From contig JAPEUD010000001.1 in NCBI GenBank assembly GCA_026026165.1, positions 558,001 to 622,000 on the forward strand: a DNA stretch of 64,000 nucleotides. The letters are read 5' to 3'. The DNA comes from Sarea resinae (Eukaryota). Shown in pieces: positions 37,439 through 51,036 of the stretch (its first letter is position 1; every line of letters starts with the position of its first letter). Both the position numbers and the translations under genes were made by a program. The notes beneath the pieces are model-generated. The model had not been told where the DNA came from and searched no databases. It saw only the letters and a program-made list of their open reading frames with translations.

Positions 37439-40400
37439 GCTGGAATCCTCGAACTCACTTTTCAAGTTCCGGATGCTCTATACAGGTTCTTCTATTTAGA
37501 CTTCCTCGATCTTGGCTAGCTTCCTGGTCAAGTGTCTTTTCTCCCCTCGTTTTCTTTGATTCACGGGCGGTTGCCATCTTTCACCCAAGTCACCCCTTTA
37601 GGTTTCCTTTATACGGTCTGGGTTGGCTTAAACAATGGAAGAATTCTGAACAAAAAGGAAAGCGAATCAGACCTGTAGTCGTGACCAGTGACTCGGAAAA
37701 GGTAAGAGTAGATATCCATATGACGGTAGCCGACGACATCTCTGATACCAAACAAAATCCATTCACCCAAAAAGTAGACGCTGAACAGAAACTTTTCTCA
37801 GGACAGCGTCGACCGCAGGGGCCATGCCGTTTCGCATTTTCGTATTTGACATCGAACCTTTGACTGATGGTCAAAGCGAGTCTGCAGTCGCTGTCGCTGT
37901 CGCCGTCGCCGATCCTGATCCTGATCATGTACCATATAGCAACATATTTTACAGTCCGGCCTGTCGTAGGGATGAGTGCCCGGTGGCAATCAGAAGGAGC
38001 GAGTTGCTAGAGTTCAAAGACGGCCAAATTGCCCGCCCAGAGAGATATCAATAGAGATTTGCCACATTCTTTTGCTACTACACCTCACGGTCAATGATGA
38101 AGAGCGTACTCAGAGAAGAATAGCACCTCGTCGGCACAAATATCCGGTGTGCAAATAACGTGCGTATCGAAAAGCTTGGGATGCTCTGGCCCATGTTGAC
38201 ATCTCGACCGCATCTAATAATACAACAGTCGTCCAATGGGCTACTGAGGCCCTTGTCGACAGAGACGAAAGGATTCAGACAATCGTCTGCTCGCTCCCGA
38301 GCGTGGCTCCACCTCGGCGAGTCTTTCGAGAAACAGTGCCTACTATGGAGCATCGGAAAGGAGCTTCATCTATGAGACATCCATCCTCTCGCCCGTCAAT
38401 ATCAAAGTCACTCTTCAATCTATAGGTACCGCGTCATCTGCAATGACGAAGGATGCCTCTGACCCAAGGAGGCCGAATGGCAAGGCCCTGAAAGGCCTCT
38501 TGCACCGAAGCCGTGCGCGGCTAATCCACCATGGAGTTCATGGAAGCCGCAACAGCGAGGGCTGAGCCTTGGATTCCAGACGGCATTGACCGAGCAGGTT
38601 CGCTGGCCTGTCAAGGTCGATCTGTGGGGTAGTCTCTGCAAGGATATTGTGGAGCACGACGGACGAGCGAACAGCGACGACGGCGAATGAAAAGCGGAGA
38701 AAAACCAGCAATCCGAATACGGAGCTTCCTGTGTCCATCCATGGACGGTAGAAGGCGTTGAGCAAAGTCTTGAGGGAAAGCAATGACGGAAAGTTCCTCA
38801 TGGCGTGAATCAAATCCATCCTTCATGATCTGCAAATGAAAAGTCGTATGTACTTCGTGTACAAAGCACTCGTAAGGCTACTCACCCTACTAACCTGACC
38901 TCACTTACGCAGTATGGTAGAGTAGGTAGAATACCACATTCGTATTTCATCTGTTGCTAGCATCTCGATCCCGCGTGCATTATTACTTAGGGTCTGTCTG
39001 TTCTGTATCTCATCGCCGAAGATGGGCCCGAGTATTCAGACTAACCAAATGCCGCCCCGCGCTGACGGTACCGCGAAGACAGGTAACGGTAGCTGGCCGC
39101 CGGATGAGGGCATTCCCAGTCCTAGTCGTCATGATGATTTCTAATTATTCAGCAGCCCTGGCGTCGTGTGGCCGAAGCAACCACGTACGAGGATCAGCGA
39201 TCTGGGCCAGGGAGAATCAGGGCACCATTGCTGGCATTGGTGCTCTCCACCGGTAGATAGTACTACTTCAGTATGTAGTCACCGCTCGTATCTATGATCA
39301 TCTCGTAGACTCCAGGGTTCGCCAGCCATGTTGGCGCTGGGCCCGTTCAGAGGAACTTCGTACCTGGGCTTACGTGAAAGGACGGGACCGTAGTTCAGGA
39401 ACGGACGCATACTACTACGAAGTATGTACTCGGAGTCCTCTAGAGTACAGCTGCTAGGCAAAGGTATTGCACCTAAATACCTAGGTACCTTAAACCTACT
39501 AAGCTACTAGGTAGCTAGTAGCTGGTACCAGCATCTGTAGACTCGTCAGACTCGCCCTCAAGAGCAGGCAAAGCAGGAACACGTCGCGGAATAGGAGCGT
39601 GCACCTGATTTGGTCTCTACGCAAGTCAAGGGGATACGATGGCACTCTAGTACCGGGAAAGTGATAGGTCCAAGCAACTGGAATGCGATGAATGAGAATG
39701 CAGAGACACCCTGTTCTACTGCGCGGTAGCCGGACGTGGATCCATCTGCTGCCGGACATATGCAGCCCTGGTCACCTCTTTCATGCTCAATTCTGGACAG
39801 AGCATCCAATTCTACGGCTGTACGAATCGAAGAGTACCGAGATACCGTCAATGCGAGATGTACAAATCTGAAAGGGCACATGGTTCACATGGAAGCTTTC
39901 GCGTTCATCCCATCTCCACCCCTGGAGACACCATCCATCCCTACTATTCGTACTCTCCAGAGGCAATACTGAACGGCGGAAAATGAAGGTCATTGGACAC
40001 ACTGTACCATGACCTTGCTCGGAGCATCAAACTCTAGATTGCTCACTCGGTCCTACATGACCGGACTCGGCATTGGGAAAAGGTAGGCATTTCCCCACAT
40101 TCTGGCTTTTGACGGATGGAACCCACGACGGACAACAGACCCTTGGACGTAAAGGAGAGTGCGATACCGCCGTAGATTCTTCGTACATACGCCCCGTTTC
40201 CGCTTTCCCTTTGCCTTTTCCCTCTTCCTTTCCCTTGAGCCGTCGCATGGCACACGGCTCGGCCCCTGTCCCCTACGCGGCTTCACCACCTCCATTCTGA
40301 CCTAGTGGCCATCGCTTTGGCCTCGCCGGTCTGTTCTGACATGTATTCTACTGGTCGCCGTCGACAATCAGAGTCAGGGCGAACGTCTTGGACCCTGCAA

Positions 40401-41493
40401 TCGCTGTCAGGTACTGTAAGCCACTTCACTCTCACGCGACAGACACTGCAGAGTACAGCAGCACGACGAGGAAAAGATCCGAGTGGAGAGATATAGTTGA
40501 TCGGTGGGGCCAAGGGCCAGCGATCAACGATCAGCGACCAAGAACCATTCGCATCCTTTACGACCCATTCCGCCTGAGCCGAGTCAGGAGTCAGGAGTCG
40601 GATCGGGGGACCCTTGGGGTAGACCCTACTTTGCACTTGGGCACACCAAAGGCGCACGCACTAGGTCTCGACTACCTCCACCGCTGCAGCAAATCCCCCG
40701 CGATATTTCGACTAGCCGAAGGACTGGATACCTAGAGATCGACCGACCGACCGATCCGTGAGCTTGTCGACGAGCTTGGACAAGGCCCGACAACCTACTT
40801 TACTCGTACATGCCTTACATACTACGATGTATAGTAGTGGCAGACCAGCTGGGCCAGCCAGCCCAGCCAGACCAGCCAGACCACCTCTATCCAGCCATGG
40901 AGTCATGGATGTGTCCCAAATGCTGTTGGTCCACGCCAATTCCCTGCTCTCCGGTGTACGAAGTACATGAATAGATTAATTTTTTCTCGTTATTGTTCCA
41001 CCGCCGATCCGCCATCCATGGATATAGCAGCCATTGCAGCCATTGCAGCCATTGCAGCCATTGCAGCTCTCAGGGCCCGAGGGTTTCCTCCCCCCCGGTC
41101 TTATTTGGATATATCCTGGATGAAACTATGCCGATGCATAACGTAGCTTCTAGTATTGAGTTTAGCCTTCGTTCTGACCGCACATCAGTTGCCTTACGGC
41201 AGTAGGCCCGTTTTCTCGGACACTGGCAATTGCAGGTCTCAAAGCTCTTAACTCGACTGCAGCCCTCTGCCGTGTGGGCTGAACGTCGAGAGAAGTCTTC
41301 ACCTTCGTCGTTGCTATGGAGCATTGCATGGCTTCGTCTGATTGATTTTCTTTTCTTCTGTCTGTACAGTGTTATCGGAGCGTCGAACGAGGCAATCGAC
41401 TGGATGTAAAGTCATCATTTCTGGCCCGCCATTTCGTCTTTGGCCCCCCTTCGATAGGTCGTCCTGACCAGTGGTTCCGTTGAATCCACGGCA

Positions 41494-43025
41494 ATGTCGT
41501 CCTCGGCGGGCGCTGATGCTGCTTCTGCAATGCAGAAGCAATATAATCTCTCGGAAAATCAAACCCCTGGGGTGATTGGGGCCGTGATCACGCTCATGAT
41601 CATCGCCACTGGGTTTGTGGGACTTCGAGCGGCTTCGAGATCAGTCTCGGCCATGCCGCTGGCGGCGGACGACTATGTGATGGCCGTTGCTCTTGTTTGC
41701 CGACTCCAATGCTCACATATTGCAATACGTGCCATACTGACATCACGACAGATATTGGCTTATGGCACAGGCATCTCCAGTATCCTAGGTGAGATTCTCT
41801 GCATCCTCTTCGGAGGACTCGTGATTGGGACCTGGACTGACTGTCCGATGCTATCCAGCATGTCACTACGGGGTTGGTAAACATATTGCATCACCATCGG
41901 TGAATCTCTTCTTGATGTCAAAAGTCAGTCTATCAAATCCCTGCGATCAATTGACCGCCTAAGATGAATCGCAGGTGCTTTGGGCATACGAAATGCTTTA
42001 CAACAGCGTTGTTGCCGCCATCAAAGTCTCCGTTATTCTATTTTACCATCGACTGTTTCCGATTCCTCGATTCACCATCACGCTCGGCTGCTGCGCCTTT
42101 CTCGTCATCAGCTGGTGGATCGCCGTCATGTTCACTACTCTCTTCCAATGCCAGCCCTTGCACTATGCCTGGGACCAGTACCGATACCCCAACATGAAGG
42201 GTCACTGCATCGATGCGGAACACTTCTTCATTGGCAACTCCATCGCCAGTTGTCTCACGGACGTTATTATCCTCATCGTTCCCATCCCAATGATCTGGAA
42301 GCTCCAGGTCCCACGTGCCCAGAAGTTAGCTATCTCCAGCATTTTCCTCCTCGGCAGCTTGTACGTTTTCCCCTTCTTTCTCTCCGATCTACACGTCTGC
42401 TAGACATCAAGCTGACTTTACCCGCGTCAGTGTCTGCATTGCCTCCATTCTCCGCATCTACTTCCTCACTTTCCTCACCCGCTCCGAAGACCTGACATGG
42501 AATCTCGGCCAATCCATCATCTGGTCCTGCGTCGAACCCTGTATCGGCATCGTCTCTGCGTGCCTCCCCACCCTTCGTCCCCTCCTCCGTTATGCCTTCC
42601 CCAGGTGGTTCAACAACAGCCGCTTCAAGGGTTCGTCGGGCGGCCAACGCACCACCCGTCACCATGGCTCTGCAAACTCGTCGGGCGGCGTCATACTGAC
42701 CACGGGCAAATCCGGGCGCAATTTCACGCGTCTGCAGGACTTGGGAGCCGGCTTGAAGGCCGCCGGAGCGAAACTAAGACCTGATGATGAGGTCGAGTTG
42801 ACATATAATATCTCGCGCGCGGACAGCTTCAGGGGTCCAAGAGGAGACGAGGAGGCGGGGTTCGCGCCTGGTGGTGGGTTCTTCGGCGAGGCCATGGGCA
42901 TGGGCATCACAGTCAAGCAGGATTTTCACTGGTCCGAGTCGCAAGTGGATCCGAGGAGTCATGACGAGACAGAGACAGAAGAGGAAGAGGAGCATCAGCA
43001 CCAGCACGACGAGCTCCGAAAATGA
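41494..43025 (+). CDS. PTH11-like (fungal rhodopsin-domain) integral membrane protein without CFEM
   Basis: 5 exons. Motifs ADDY, HYGVGKH, KVSVILFYHRLF, QCQPLHYAW, TDVIILIVPIPMIWKLQ, WSCVEPCIGIVSACLPTLRPL. Confidence 0.92.
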
Positions 43026-43779
43026 CGACGTGCAAGTGTGAAGTCTAATTGTGCATATATCGATGTCGTTACCATTCATGTCTATATTCGGGACTGGCGT
43101 ATCTGGTAATATGGAAAGGAATATTTTTCTTCTTGGAAGAGGCTGGGAGCCTGACTATACGATAGTCTCTTGGGTTTGGATTGGACGGGGTGGGGGGCGA
43201 GGCCAGGAAGGAAGTCCGGATGGGAACAGTCCACTAATCCGATCGTGGACCTTGACCTTCGAGGGTGTAACGTTTTCAGTCGCATACCTCGGACTTTTTC
43301 CGTCTCCTTGTTCATATTTCTTTCTGTCCCGATGGACCATCTTCATCATTGTACAAAGCACACCGATGTACCCACCCATCATCATCATCTGTACCTATGC
43401 AAATCCACATCCACATATACATATAAATCAGCAGAGTACCGCCATTGAAGGATCAGTATTTTTCAAGAGAGCCATTCTTGTGACGCCTGAGAAAAAGCGC
43501 CGGGCCAGGACGAGAACGAATGAACGAACGAACGCCAGGATCCCAGAAAAGAGAACAAAATAAACAAGGGCTAATAGCAAAAGAGGTGTTCACGTCCCCT
43601 TCCTATATCGCTAATCGAGCGACCAAACAAACCCGTCCGACCCCATTCAACCAACCATGCCCGAGATCTTTCTTTCTCTATCAGATCATATCAGATCAAC
43701 ACCCCCCCTCCCTCTCCCCCTCCTCTCTCTCCCCTCTTCCACATTAGATCCTTGGTAACAGCACCCCACTCATACTGTA

Positions 43780-44320
43780 CTAATTCCACTCTCGATCCTT
43801 AGTGACGCCATCGATCTCCCGGGCGCGTCTCTCCTGCTCGCTGGCCGCCTTCAGCCCGTCGCCCTTGCGCTTCTGCTCGGATAGCTGCGCGCCCAGTTTT
43901 CCTTTCGGCTTCGGCTGCTGCGCGCGCGTCTGTGCGAGTGGATATCATGGGTTAGGGCTTTATTGACTTGGGACTACACGGACTGGGGTTTGGGCGTGAA
44001 GGGGGTGTGTGAGAAGGGATCAAGCAAAAGGCAAAGGCAAAGGCAAAGGCAAAGGCAGAATCACGCACCTGCGCCGCCAACCCCGCGGCCTGTCGCGGAT
44101 CAAGCGCGGCTCCCTCTTGCCCACTCCCCCCTGCTCCCGCCGTTGCTCCCGCAGCGAGCGTCCGTCCCGGCCCCGTGGACACGGTCGCCGGCACTGGTAC
44201 GGAGGCGCGCGTTTTCTGCGCTTTCTGCGTCGATGGGATCGCGGGTGGTGCGGCGGCCGAGTCGAGCGTCCGGCCCGGGGCGGAGAAGTTCTTGGATTGC
44301 TTGCCGCAGAGATTGCCCAT
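43780..44320 (-). CDS. Small conserved fungal protein with N-myristoylation/palmitoylation motif (SVIP-like, tentative)
   Basis: MGNLCGKQSKNFSAPGRTL...DPRQAAGLAAQ / TRAQQPKPKGKLGAQL...REWN*; intron 44068-43930. Confidence 0.75.
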
Positions 44321-44904
44321 GTTTGTTGTCGTCTGTTGATTTGTTGTGTGGAGGAGGGGTTTGGGGGACCTGGATGGAGGGATGGGTGGGTGGGCGACAG
44401 ACAGGGACGGCAAGCGGGGAGCGTGAGCGGAGAGACGGATCAACAATGAGGTAGTTTTATGTACGGTCTCGATATTAAGATGCCACTTTCTATGCAACGA
44501 TTGTCTTCAAATGTCAGATATCATCATGCGGTTGTTTATCGGGCGTCATCGCAGGAAAATGAAGTCTTACCGCAGCGTGGCACGCCGAACACCTTACGTA
44601 TGCGCGGTACTGTGAAGATTGTACGTTCGCTGTTGGTTGGGGTTGGTGGGAAATGCCGAGTCGAGTCCAGGGACTGTGACGTCAATCGCGCACTGGTTGC
44701 TTCACCATGGCAGGGCACAGTAGTACGCTTTCTCTTCCTTCGCATCATCATCATCATCATCATCCTCCTCCTCCCTCTTCCTCTTTCTCTCTCCTTCTTC
44801 GTCCTCAGAAACAGACATCTGGCAAATTCCCTCAATTATATCTCCAGGCGCTCAATTCCATCTCCTACCTTGACACTTTCTACACTCGACAAAGAAAAGC
44901 AGTC

Positions 44905-45813
44905 ATGGACGTGAGTTCATCTTTCTCCTCTACTGCCTGCTTCCACCCCACTCACCACTCACCACTCACTTCCTCCAATGCACAACCCCTACCCATCAAT
45001 ACACGATCATGCATACTATATACCCAATTGAAAGGATTGCAATTAACAGCAGCGGCACCAATGCCCGCAACCGGGCATAGGTCTTCTACTACTACACGTA
45101 CAGCACGGCAGCGTGGCTGGGCGTGCAAGCCGCGCCATTGATCGCATCGCCAACGCTGATCGTCACGATGCTATCGCCTGAAGTGAGGGAACCTACAGGT
45201 GTGTACTGGAAGTCCTCTTCTATTCCTGCTTCGCCCCAGCATAATAAAAGAGAAGAAGACCTGCGCGCCTGGTCAACGTAACACAAGGGCTGAACAGATG
45301 GCTAATCTGATTCGTCGACGCAACCACAGTGCTGGAGGAGTACTTCTGCCGCACAATCGGCATCACATACATCACGCTCGGCATCCTGACCATCCTCCTA
45401 ACGGGCTCCGTCCCCCTGACCTCTTCCTTCTCAGACAGTACGATCCCTATCACCAATTCCACCCACCACCAAGCCCACTAACCAACACCAAAAAAACAAC
45501 AGGCGCAACCGCAGCGACCACCACCGACCCCCAGGATCCCAAGGCGCCCTACGCCCTGCCCACGCTCACCATCACGACGCTCTACCACGCCGCCCTGGGC
45601 TTCTACACGTACATGCTGTACACGGGCAACGCGCAGACGTGCTTCGCGCTCGCCTGTGCCGGCTTCTCCGCCCTTGCCGCCATGGGCCTGTGGTGCATCC
45701 TGTTTGCCAGCTCCGGCGGCCGCATCTCGCGCAAGACGGGCGTCGACAAGAGGACCAGCGGCTGGCCGTTTAAGAACGCCGAGGCCGAGAAGAGGAAGGG
45801 CAAGGAGCTGTAG
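44905..45813 (+). CDS. Small 4-TM fungal membrane protein of unknown function
   Basis: 4 exons (44905-44910, 45081-45198, 45330-45437, 45503-45813): MD/VFYYYTYSTAAWLGVQAAPLIASP../LEEYFCRTIG../..GLWCILF..RKTGVDKRTSGWPFKN..KGKEL*. Confidence 0.8.
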
Positions 45814-46300
45814 CGTGAGAGCTGAAAAGGTCGTGAAAACCTGGCGCACTCAGGTATATGACGGCTTACGAGTGCTGGTTAAGTTGGTCTTGTTTGATGG
45901 GATGGTGGGAAATGGGTAAGGCATGGCACGGCGGGACCAGGGCTGGTTGGGTGGTGTGGGATGGCATGGCATGGCATGGCATGGGCTCGATCGACGGATT
46001 CCAAAAAAAGTCAAACGAAAAAGTTTCTCACTCCAATCACCAAAGCAAAACAAAGCAAAGCCAAATAGAACTGGGGAAAGAAAAAAAAAGGGTAGAATTT
46101 CGTCGACAACGATGATGACTGTCATATCTAATTCCCTGCGAACGCTCCAAACATGATGCACACAATCCTTCTCTCCCTCACTGGCCTCCGCCTCCGCCCC
46201 ACACACAACCATACACTTACTCCTCTCCCCCCCACCCACACCCACTCGCCACCGTCAAAAAAAGCCAACCCCACCACAAACTCAGCCGCCCACCCAAGTT

Positions 46301-49300
46301 TCAAACGACATTATACCGCCCACTAGCAGGGGCCCTACTATCGCCCTCGACGGCGGCGGCCGTGCCCTCCTTGAGCAGACGCATGAGCTCGCGCATGGCG
46401 TTGGTGACGACGACCTCGGTGTCGCCCTCGACGAGGATGTACAGCTTAGGCAGGTCCGTGGGGCCGGGCTCCTTGCCGGCCGCGTAGAAGTTGCCCTTGG
46501 TCGTGATGGACGTGCCCGTCGCCTCGAGGATCTTGGCCACGTTGGTGCGGTTGGTGACGGCCCAGCGCGCTTTTTCTGTACGGTGCATCGGCTTGGTTAG
46601 CGGTGTGACTCTTTTTTGGGGGGGGGGGGACGGTAGGTGGAAAATGGAAAGAGGGGAAAGAGATAGAAGGCGAGGTATAGGGAGGAGAGGAACAGGGAGA
46701 AAATGGAGGGTTGTAAGAAGAATGACGTCGAGGTAAAAATAGACTTACGAGGGAAATCATTAATCTCGAGCGTCGCGTGAAAAGCACCAGCATCAGGGCC
46801 CTTGTTATCAATCGGCACGCCCGAGCGCAACTGGCCCGTCTTGTTGAGCCGTGAATGAATGTCCGCAACCGCCTGACCGACGCGATCGAGCGGGTTCTTC
46901 GACCCCCCACCCGTCGCCGCCGTCGTCTCCGTCTTGTGCACCGTGATCTTGCCGTCCAGGTCGATGCCCTTGGGTACACCGGGCAGATGATGTGCGGGCG
47001 CAGGGGCGCTGCTGGCGGCAGCCGCAGTACTGGCGACCGGAGTAGACGCCGCCGCTTTGACCACAAACTCGTCGTCTTTCTTGCTGTCGTCCTTCTCTTC
47101 GTCTTCGCCCTCCTCGCCTGTCTTGTACGTTTTCCGCTCGCGGTTACGCGCTGCGTCGCGCTCTTGGTCGAGCCGTTCGAGACCCTTACCGCCGAAGCCC
47201 GATCCGCTAGTCTTCTCCTTGCCGGACTTGACTTTCTCGATGAATGCATTGACCATTTTCTGGACCGGCTCAGGGACCTCCTGGCCACTTTGTCGCAGCG
47301 CCTTGGCAATGTCCATAGAGTACCTCTCTTGCTCCTCTGTGAGGAACGTAACAGCCGTACCGGTATTTCCGGCCCGCCCCGTTCGGCCCGCACGATGCAC
47401 GTAGTCCTCTAGATGGTTTGGAGCGTCGTAGTTGACGACGAGCTTGAGCTGTTTGACGTCCAACCCGCGAGCTGCCACGGATGTGGCGATCATAATGGGA
47501 ACCACGCCGGCCTTGAAGTCGTCGATTGTAGAATCCCTATCGATCTGATCTTTCCCACCATGGATCGACATGCAAGGATATCCCTTGCGCATCAGATCCC
47601 GAAGCAGGCCGTCAGCGGACTCTTGCCTATCCACGAATATGAGCGTCCTTGCATCTTCATCCTTGTCATAGAGCTCGCCGAGGAGCTCCAATAATCGAAG
47701 AAACTTGGATTCCTCCGGCCGAACCTCCACAATTTGAGTGATTTCAGGCGCCACAACGCTGCGACCCCCAACAACAATCTCGACCGGCTTGACGAGTGTT
47801 TTTCTCGCCAAGGCTTCCATTTGACGAGGGAACGTCGCAGAGAACAAGACAGTCTGTCTATTCGGCCGGATATTCGCGATGATCTTCATCACCTGCGGCT
47901 CGAAGCCCATGTCGAACATTCGATCAGCCTCGTCAAGCACAACATAAGTGACACGCCGCAGATTCGTGACCCGTCCGGAATTAGCCGCCAGCAGGTCGAT
48001 CATTCGTCCAGGGGTGCACACAATGATTTCTGCGCCTCGTTTCAGATCAGCAATCTGGTCTTTGATAGGCGCGCCTCCGTATGCGCACACAGCTCGCAGA
48101 TTCAACGCTTTCAAGAATGGTTTGCATTCTTTGTGGATTTGAGTGGCCAATTCTCGCGTTGGTGTCATCACTAGACCCACAGGACCTTCCATTGAATCCA
48201 AAGGTCTTTGGTCCTTGATGTGCCGGAACATCGGCAACAAGAAAGCAATGGTCTTGCCCGACCCGGTCTTTGCCACACCAATGACATCTCGCCCTGACAT
48301 GATAGCTGGGACGGCTTGAGACTGGATGGAAGTCGGGTGTTCGTAGCCCAACCTCTGGATGACGTTGAGGGTTTGTACTCCCAGACCACATTGGGACCAC
48401 TTCTGGACAGGTTTGGGGGCATCGACGCCTCGTATCTTGATGCCATCAAGTTCCAGACGTAAATCTGCCAGCTCCTCTTCTGTCATATCCGCTAACTCCG
48501 AGGGTTCAGAGTAGAAATTCTTTCGAAACGGTTCGTACGCCACCTTGGAATGATCGATAGCAGGTATTTCCTTTTTCTTGCGCGCTTTACTTGCCATGGC
48601 CAGAATATCATCTGGATCTGCATCTAAGGTATTGAGTTCCACGTCGTCATCTCCGAACATGGCCTCTGGCTCTTGGAGTGTCTGTTTGCTTGCAGAAGAT
48701 TTTATTCCATTAGCAGGTTTGGAGGGCCTCGAGTCAGTCAAGTCAGACATGAAGGCATCGAGAGGGTCAATCTCATCCTCGTCTTCTGGCTGTTCCACTG
48801 CTTCTGACATCGGAACGTCTCCGTTCACCGCCGTTGTCGTGCTAGCCACTGCGTCTGTGTTTTGGCTAGCTTGATATGCTAGATTCTCGTTTTGCAATCG
48901 TTCTTCTCGTTTCTCGGCTGCAGCTCGAGCTGCTGCTGCGGTTTCCTCTTCTGTGCCGGCGTCTTGCATGTCAACGTCATCATCCTCTCCGTCGACCCCA
49001 TTTGCTTGGTTGGTATCAGCATCATTTGACGCTTCTCCAAGAGGGGGGGTAGGCAGCCTCTCCAACTTTTTTCTCGTTGATTCTTCCTCACCAAAGTTTA
49101 AACCTCGCTTCGCGACGGGCTTCTCTGGATCGGTACTCGGTTTGCTCCCGAGACCGAAGCCGCTGACGTTCCCACGGGCTTTGAGTGGCCGTAGAGGAGC
49201 AGCAGCTTCATAGTAATCAATTAGCAATGCCCAGATATTACTTTGGGAAACATATTGGAACGCACCTGTAGGGGAACTGACACCAACAACTGTTGATTGG

Positions 49301-50248
49301 TTAGCTTTGGCACCTGGAGTCGTAGAGGTTGTGGTGGCCGACACTTCAGCATTTTCCGGCAACAAGATATCCTTGCCAAGCGTGCTATGTTTCGCGGAGC
49401 TCTCGGCAGCTTTTTTCGCTATTGCCTTCGGGTCAAACTTCCCGGCATATGGCGCTGGAGATGCGGCGGTTTCCGGCGTTGCAGGTGACCTCGGAGAAGC
49501 CGTGGTGGGGGACCCGGTGGCTTTCTTGTCCATTTCATCAAGGAGGCCCCGTGTACCCACTGCTTCCAGCTCTTTCTGCTTTCGCTCTCGCTCGGCTGCT
49601 TGCTTCTTTTTCCACGCTTCCAGCTTCGCCAATCTCTCCGCCTTTTTCTCTTCCTCTGTCTGCGCCGCAGGTGTAGTAGAAGCTGGGGACTCCTATACAA
49701 CGTAATGAGTTTCTGGCCTAATCCTCAAGATGTGCAGATCGACTTACATGACGTGCCCTTCCGATAGACGTTTTACTTACGCCCCTGTCTCTGCTACCTT
49801 CCCGCCTACTCTTTCGTCTTGAGTCAGTTGAGTCGTCGCGACGTCTCCGAACTCTATCACGGGAATCGTCTCGCCTATCCCTGTAGTCTCTATCCCGGCT
49901 TCGATGCCGACGATCTCTAGCACCATCTCGATCCCTAGAGCGTCTTCTATCGCGGGAGCGGTCTCTTCGATTAGGGCGATATACATCTTCGTCTCGGTGT
50001 CCATCTATGGGGCGGTCTCCTCGTCGATATGTATCGCGATCTCGGTAGCGCCTCTGTATTGACGGTCGATGAGTATCAGTAGCCTTCGGATGGGCAAGAA
50101 CAGATGGTCTTACCTCAGGGCTCCGTGACCGCGTATGTCGTCGGTGGCCTCTCCCATCATCTCTGCGGTCCTTCTCGTAACGGTCATCGTCCCGCCGGCT
50201 TCTCTTTCCTATAGGTGATGGTGAGCGAGAGTCCGCGTGGCGGGCCAT
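46301..50248 (-). CDS. PRP5: Pre-mRNA-processing DEAD-box RNA helicase Prp5/DDX46
   Basis: RS/RD-rich N-terminus, DPLDAFM motif, [31 protein letters not shown], and C-terminal [16 protein letters not shown] after intron 46748-46576. Confidence 0.97.
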
Positions 50249-51036
50249 TACCCCGGGACTGGATCAGTGAGTGAGCGTTACTCTGATGATGCAAAGAGCG
50301 CCTAATGACCCGATGCGATACGCAGATGGGGATAGTCCTATTAGGTACTGTAACTCAACGACCGCTGGTCGTTCAACGAATGGCTGAATGGCAGGACGGG
50401 CGGGAGAATCGATGATTAAAGTGAGGCTGGTGGATGAGTGGGTGCATGGGAACGTGGATGAGTCGTAGTTTGAAGAGCATTCAACCACAGAATGCTTCGA
50501 GACATATGCTGTCACTTTTCTTGGCTTTCACCTCATCCGCCCCAGGCTGCAAAAGCGCTATGCTTATGTAATACCGAGGACTGATAAGATTCAATCTGCT
50601 GACTCAGCCCGCCCGTCCCTCTTTCCTCTCCGCCCCTCCAATAGGACCCGCCCGGCGTCCGCCTCGTACAATCCGCCCTCGGCTCATTCCACCCACCCAC
50701 CCACCCACCCACCCAACCGACCTGCAACCCCTTGTGTGTGTCAAGTGCGTTCCATCAGTGCCGCAGTACACAACGTATTTCCGCATCGAGTGCTAGGGAG
50801 GCCAAGCTAAGCTACCTAAAACGACCTTGCGTGAGCGACCTTGCCTTATTTCGTACTCTGTAAACCTCGCGCAACTCGGGTACCTCTATTGTATCCTGTG
50901 TGTGACTGACGACTTGCGAGTCTCACAGAACACACACAGGTCACCGATCACCATCGCAAAGACACACAATCTGTTCCTAGCACAATCGCTACATATCAAT
51001 TCTCTTCTTCTCGACATCAACCGTGATTCCAACGCA

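Noticed and set aside
37500..41400. Many short ORFs in the gene-poor interval (likewise 52200-53800)
   Set aside because: No domain signatures or consistent exon chains; likely regulatory or intergenic DNA.
44905..45813. Calling the 4-TM gene ERG28 because SCAP is nearby
   Set aside because: The sequence does not match the Erg28 motifs I recall.
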